A stretch of 37,324 bases of DNA, from assembly GCA_027319565.1 (NCBI GenBank), contig DAHVNA010000019.1, forward strand, positions 1 through 37,324, read 5' to 3'. Positions 35,308 to 37,324 of the stretch are shown one piece after another (positions within the stretch are counted from its first letter, which is position 1; each line of letters opens with the position of its first letter). The translations under genes were made by a program, and so were the position numbers. The notes beneath the pieces were generated by a model, which searched no databases, was not told where the DNA came from, and saw only the letters and a program-made list of their open reading frames with translations. Source of the stretch: Elusimicrobiota bacterium (GTDB taxonomy: Bacteria > Elusimicrobiota > Elusimicrobia > UBA1565 > UBA9628).

Positions 35308-36197
35308 CGGGTTTTGACTTCTTCGTAGATCGGAGTTCCGTTAGAGCGCGCGTAGTCCTGGAAGGCTTGGGCGATTTTCTTGGTCAAAGACCCAGGGACC
35401 CCGCTTCCAATGGGATGCCCGTCAATTTTGACAGCCGCCACCACTTCCGCTCCGGTGCCGGTCACAAAAGCCTCATCGGCGCGGTAAAGCTCATGAACGG
35501 TAAAAAGCTTTTCCTCGACCTTAAGACTCATTTTCTCGCGCGCGATGTCGATGACCGCCTCTCGGGTTATGCCGTCTAAAATTCCCGCGTAAGTTGGCGG
35601 AGTATAGAGGTTTCCATCTCGAACATAAAAAATATTGTCCCCCGTGCACTCGGAAACATAACCCTGCTGATTAAGCAAAATCGCCTCTTGCGCCCCGGCC
35701 CTGACCGCCTCGGCGCGAGCCATGATATTAGGCAAATAGTTCAAAGACTTGATCGCCGGAGACAATTGATCAGGGGTTCTTTGGCGGATGCTTGAGGTAA
35801 TTAAATCCAGCCCCTTTTCATAAAAGCTGGGCGGATAAAGCTCGATTTTGTCGGCGATGATAATGACGCTCGCGTTTTTCTTGCATTTTCGCATGTCAAG
35901 GCCTAAATCTCCGATTCCGCGCGTGATAACCAAGCGGATATAGGCGTCTTTAAGACCGTTGACGCGAACGCTCTCAAGCAAGGCTTCCTCGATTTTCTTA
36001 ATTGGGATGGGCAAGGACAGGAAAATGGCCTGCGCCGATTCCTCCAGACGCTTTAAATGCTCGGAAAGGCGAAACACCCGCCCATTATAGGCCCTGATTC
36101 CCTCAAAAACCCCGTCCCCGTAAAGAAGACCGTGATCGAAAACGGAAACCTTCGCGTCTTCTTTTTCATAGAAATGGCCGTCAATATAAACCTTCAT
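35304..36197 (-). CDS. ilvE: branched-chain amino acid aminotransferase
   Basis: DHGLLYGDGVFEGIRAY, YIRL, KSLNY (PLP lysine), E..G.NIF, L.GITR, GTGAE. Confidence 0.95.
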   Translation of the reverse strand: MKVYIDGHFYEKEDAKVSVFDHGLLYGDGVFEGIRAYNGRVFRLSEHLKRLEESAQAIFLSLPIPIKKIEEALLESVRVNGLKDAYIRLVITRGIGDLGLDMRKCKKNASVIIIADKIELYPPSFYEKGLDLITSSIRQRTPDQLSPAIKSLNYLPNIMARAEAVRAGAQEAILLNQQGYVSECTGDNIFYVRDGNLYTPPTYAGILDGITREAVIDIAREKMSLKVEEKLFTVHELYRADEAFVTGTGAEVVAAVKIDGHPIGSGVPGSLTKKIAQAFQDYARSNGTPIYEEVKTR

Positions 36198-36400
36198 CTC
36201 ATTACCCCTTTTACGAGAGAATCCGCTTCCATGAGGGTTCCGTCCTGCATATGAAAGACCCGGGCCGCGCGAGAAGCCGCTTCCTCATTATGGGTGACCA
36301 AAACAACGGCCACGTTTTTCTCGCGGGCCAAACCCTCTAAATCCTTAAATACCATTTCTCCGTTGACCTTGTCGAGATTCCCCGTCGGCTCATCGGCCAA
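36194..36400 (-). pseudogene. orphan 3' fragment of a LolD-like ABC ATPase
   Basis: Starts at Walker B/D-loop (LADEPTGNLD), has H-loop VTHN, no Walker A; ATGA-coupled to ilvE. Confidence 0.85.
36237..36291. repeat. direct repeat copy A (lolD 3' region)
   Basis: 55 bp identical to 37270-37324. Confidence 0.95.
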
Positions 36401-36415
36401 AGCAGTCTCGCCCCA

Positions 36416-36838
36416 TCATCCCGTTAGATATTTATATCTTGAACGCAGGACTTTCTGGTAACGCTTAAGATTTGGATCGCGAATTCCGTCAAGCAATGCA
36501 AAACCTAAAATTTGAACCGCTTTTTTATATTGCCTTACATCGTAAAGGGCCAAGGCAAGAAATAAATTTACCACGACATCCTTTGGAAACTTTATACGCG
36601 CGGATTGAAGGAATCGAACAGCCTCCTGAGACCTGCCGAGATTTCTCAACGAAGAAGCAAGGCATACAAGAGCATCTCGAATATCCCTACCTTTAAGACC
36701 GAGATTTAAGGCCTCTTTATAAATAGGAATAGCCGCCGCTTCACGCCCCTGCCCATCCAAAGATAAAGCTAAGCGCAAACGGATTTGAGCAGGGCTATAG
36801 CGACTTTGCCGTTTAGTAACAAGGCGGTGCTCGCTCAT
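36416..36838 (-). CDS. tetratricopeptide-repeat protein (TPR_5-like)
   Basis: D..GRE..AIP.Y..AL..GL…L.SSLRNLGR..EA…FP…FLALALY pattern; AT-richer DNA. Confidence 0.75.
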   Translation of the reverse strand: MSEHRLVTKRQSRYSPAQIRLRLALSLDGQGREAAAIPIYKEALNLGLKGRDIRDALVCLASSLRNLGRSQEAVRFLQSARIKFPKDVVVNLFLALALYDVRQYKKAVQILGFALLDGIRDPNLKRYQKVLRSRYKYLTG

Positions 36839-37045
36839 TTTCTAGTCGTCATGAATATGAGTTTAAGGTTATCAGCGTGTAGCTGGAAGCTCCCCAGGAG
36901 TCTTCTCCACTACTTGTTCCTGCTCTTCAATATCGGTCAAGCTTATATCGCGTAAAGTGGACAAGAAAGTTTTAAGCATACTGCTCCACTAAGAAAAAAT
37001 CCATTGTGTTTTTTTAAATATTTTCAGTTACAATCTAATCAACCA

Positions 37046-37156
37046 TTAGCCGAAAACCATCGCTCCAGTAGAGGCAAACACAGCAAGTGCAATCAACGTC
37101 ATGAGCCCCAAAAAACAGCGAGCACCATTGACTGCAATATTTATAATTTTATTCAT
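37046..37156 (-). CDS. 36-aa hydrophobic peptide or truncated exported-protein gene
   Basis: GAGGGG SD; MNKIINIAVNGARCFLGLMTLIALAVFASTGAMVFG* resembles a lone signal peptide. Confidence 0.35.
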   Translation of the reverse strand: MNKIINIAVNGARCFLGLMTLIALAVFASTGAMVFG

Positions 37157-37208
37157 GATATATTCCCCCTCAAGATAACGGACTTTTTCCTTTGATTCAC
37201 TAGTAAAT

Positions 37209-37324
37209 TTATGAGGTTGCCCCACGCCCCGCCAAACGAAACGAAGAAGCGCCCTCCGCCTCAATGAGAGTTCCGTCCTGCATATGAAAGACCCGGGCCG
37301 CGCGAGAAGCCGCTTCCTCATTAT
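37209..37324 (-). CDS. 3' end of a LolD-like ABC ATPase (5' part outside window)
   Basis: Hand translation NEEAASRAARVFHMQDGTLIEAEGASSFRLAGRGATS*; duplicates the fragment at 36194-36400. Confidence 0.75.
   Translation of the reverse strand, partial: NEEAASRAARVFHMQDGTLIEAEGASSFRLAGRGATS
37270..37324. repeat. direct repeat copy B (truncated by window end)
   Basis: Identical to 36237-36291. Confidence 0.95.

Noticed and set aside
36872..36979. 35-aa minus-strand ORF MLKTFLSTLRD…
   Set aside because: Too short and no recognisable features.
37157..37321. 91-aa ORF 37046..37321 as a full gene
   Set aside because: Its 5' part is an off-frame reading of the lolD-like 3' end.
1..37324. Prophage, integrase, transposase, tRNA or rRNA; many short alternative-frame ORFs
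   Set aside because: No recognisable signatures by eye (a covariance-model scan was not possible); the short ORFs lie within well-supported genes.

Overview
Mostly housekeeping bacterial chromosome, probably Elusimicrobiota or similar. That assignment is inferred from protein styles, not from a marker gene. Core content: bifunctional FTCD, dienelactone hydrolase, hisS, M1 aminopeptidase, K+-channel-like protein, CinA, DUF3467, SurA-N protein, bactofilin/M23 pair, orphan GspE/PilB ATPase, CPBP-HtrA fusion protease, ChaN-like protein, a second M23 protein, a permuted complex I operon (nuoJKLMN-ABC-[MNT-HEPN]-DEF, no nuoGHI), an S53 protease with a T9SS-like C-terminal domain coupled to a PorV-like barrel, ilvE and a duplicated lolD 3' end. 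There are three toxin-antitoxin pairs and AT-rich accessory patches at both window ends. Most striking observations: (i) the N-termini/signal peptides of the adjacent S53 protease and PorV-like genes are built from in-frame repeat DNA (a CTAG-flanked 132-bp MITE with a nested REP doublet, a dispersed palindrome, and an inverted tandem array); (ii) a ~38-bp bipartite motif sits at an identical offset from the -10 box of two exported proteases that both carry long N-terminal extensions; (iii) many operon-leading genes look leaderless; (iv) NuoF has a remodelled nucleotide-binding site. No rRNA, tRNA or CRISPR array was recognised.
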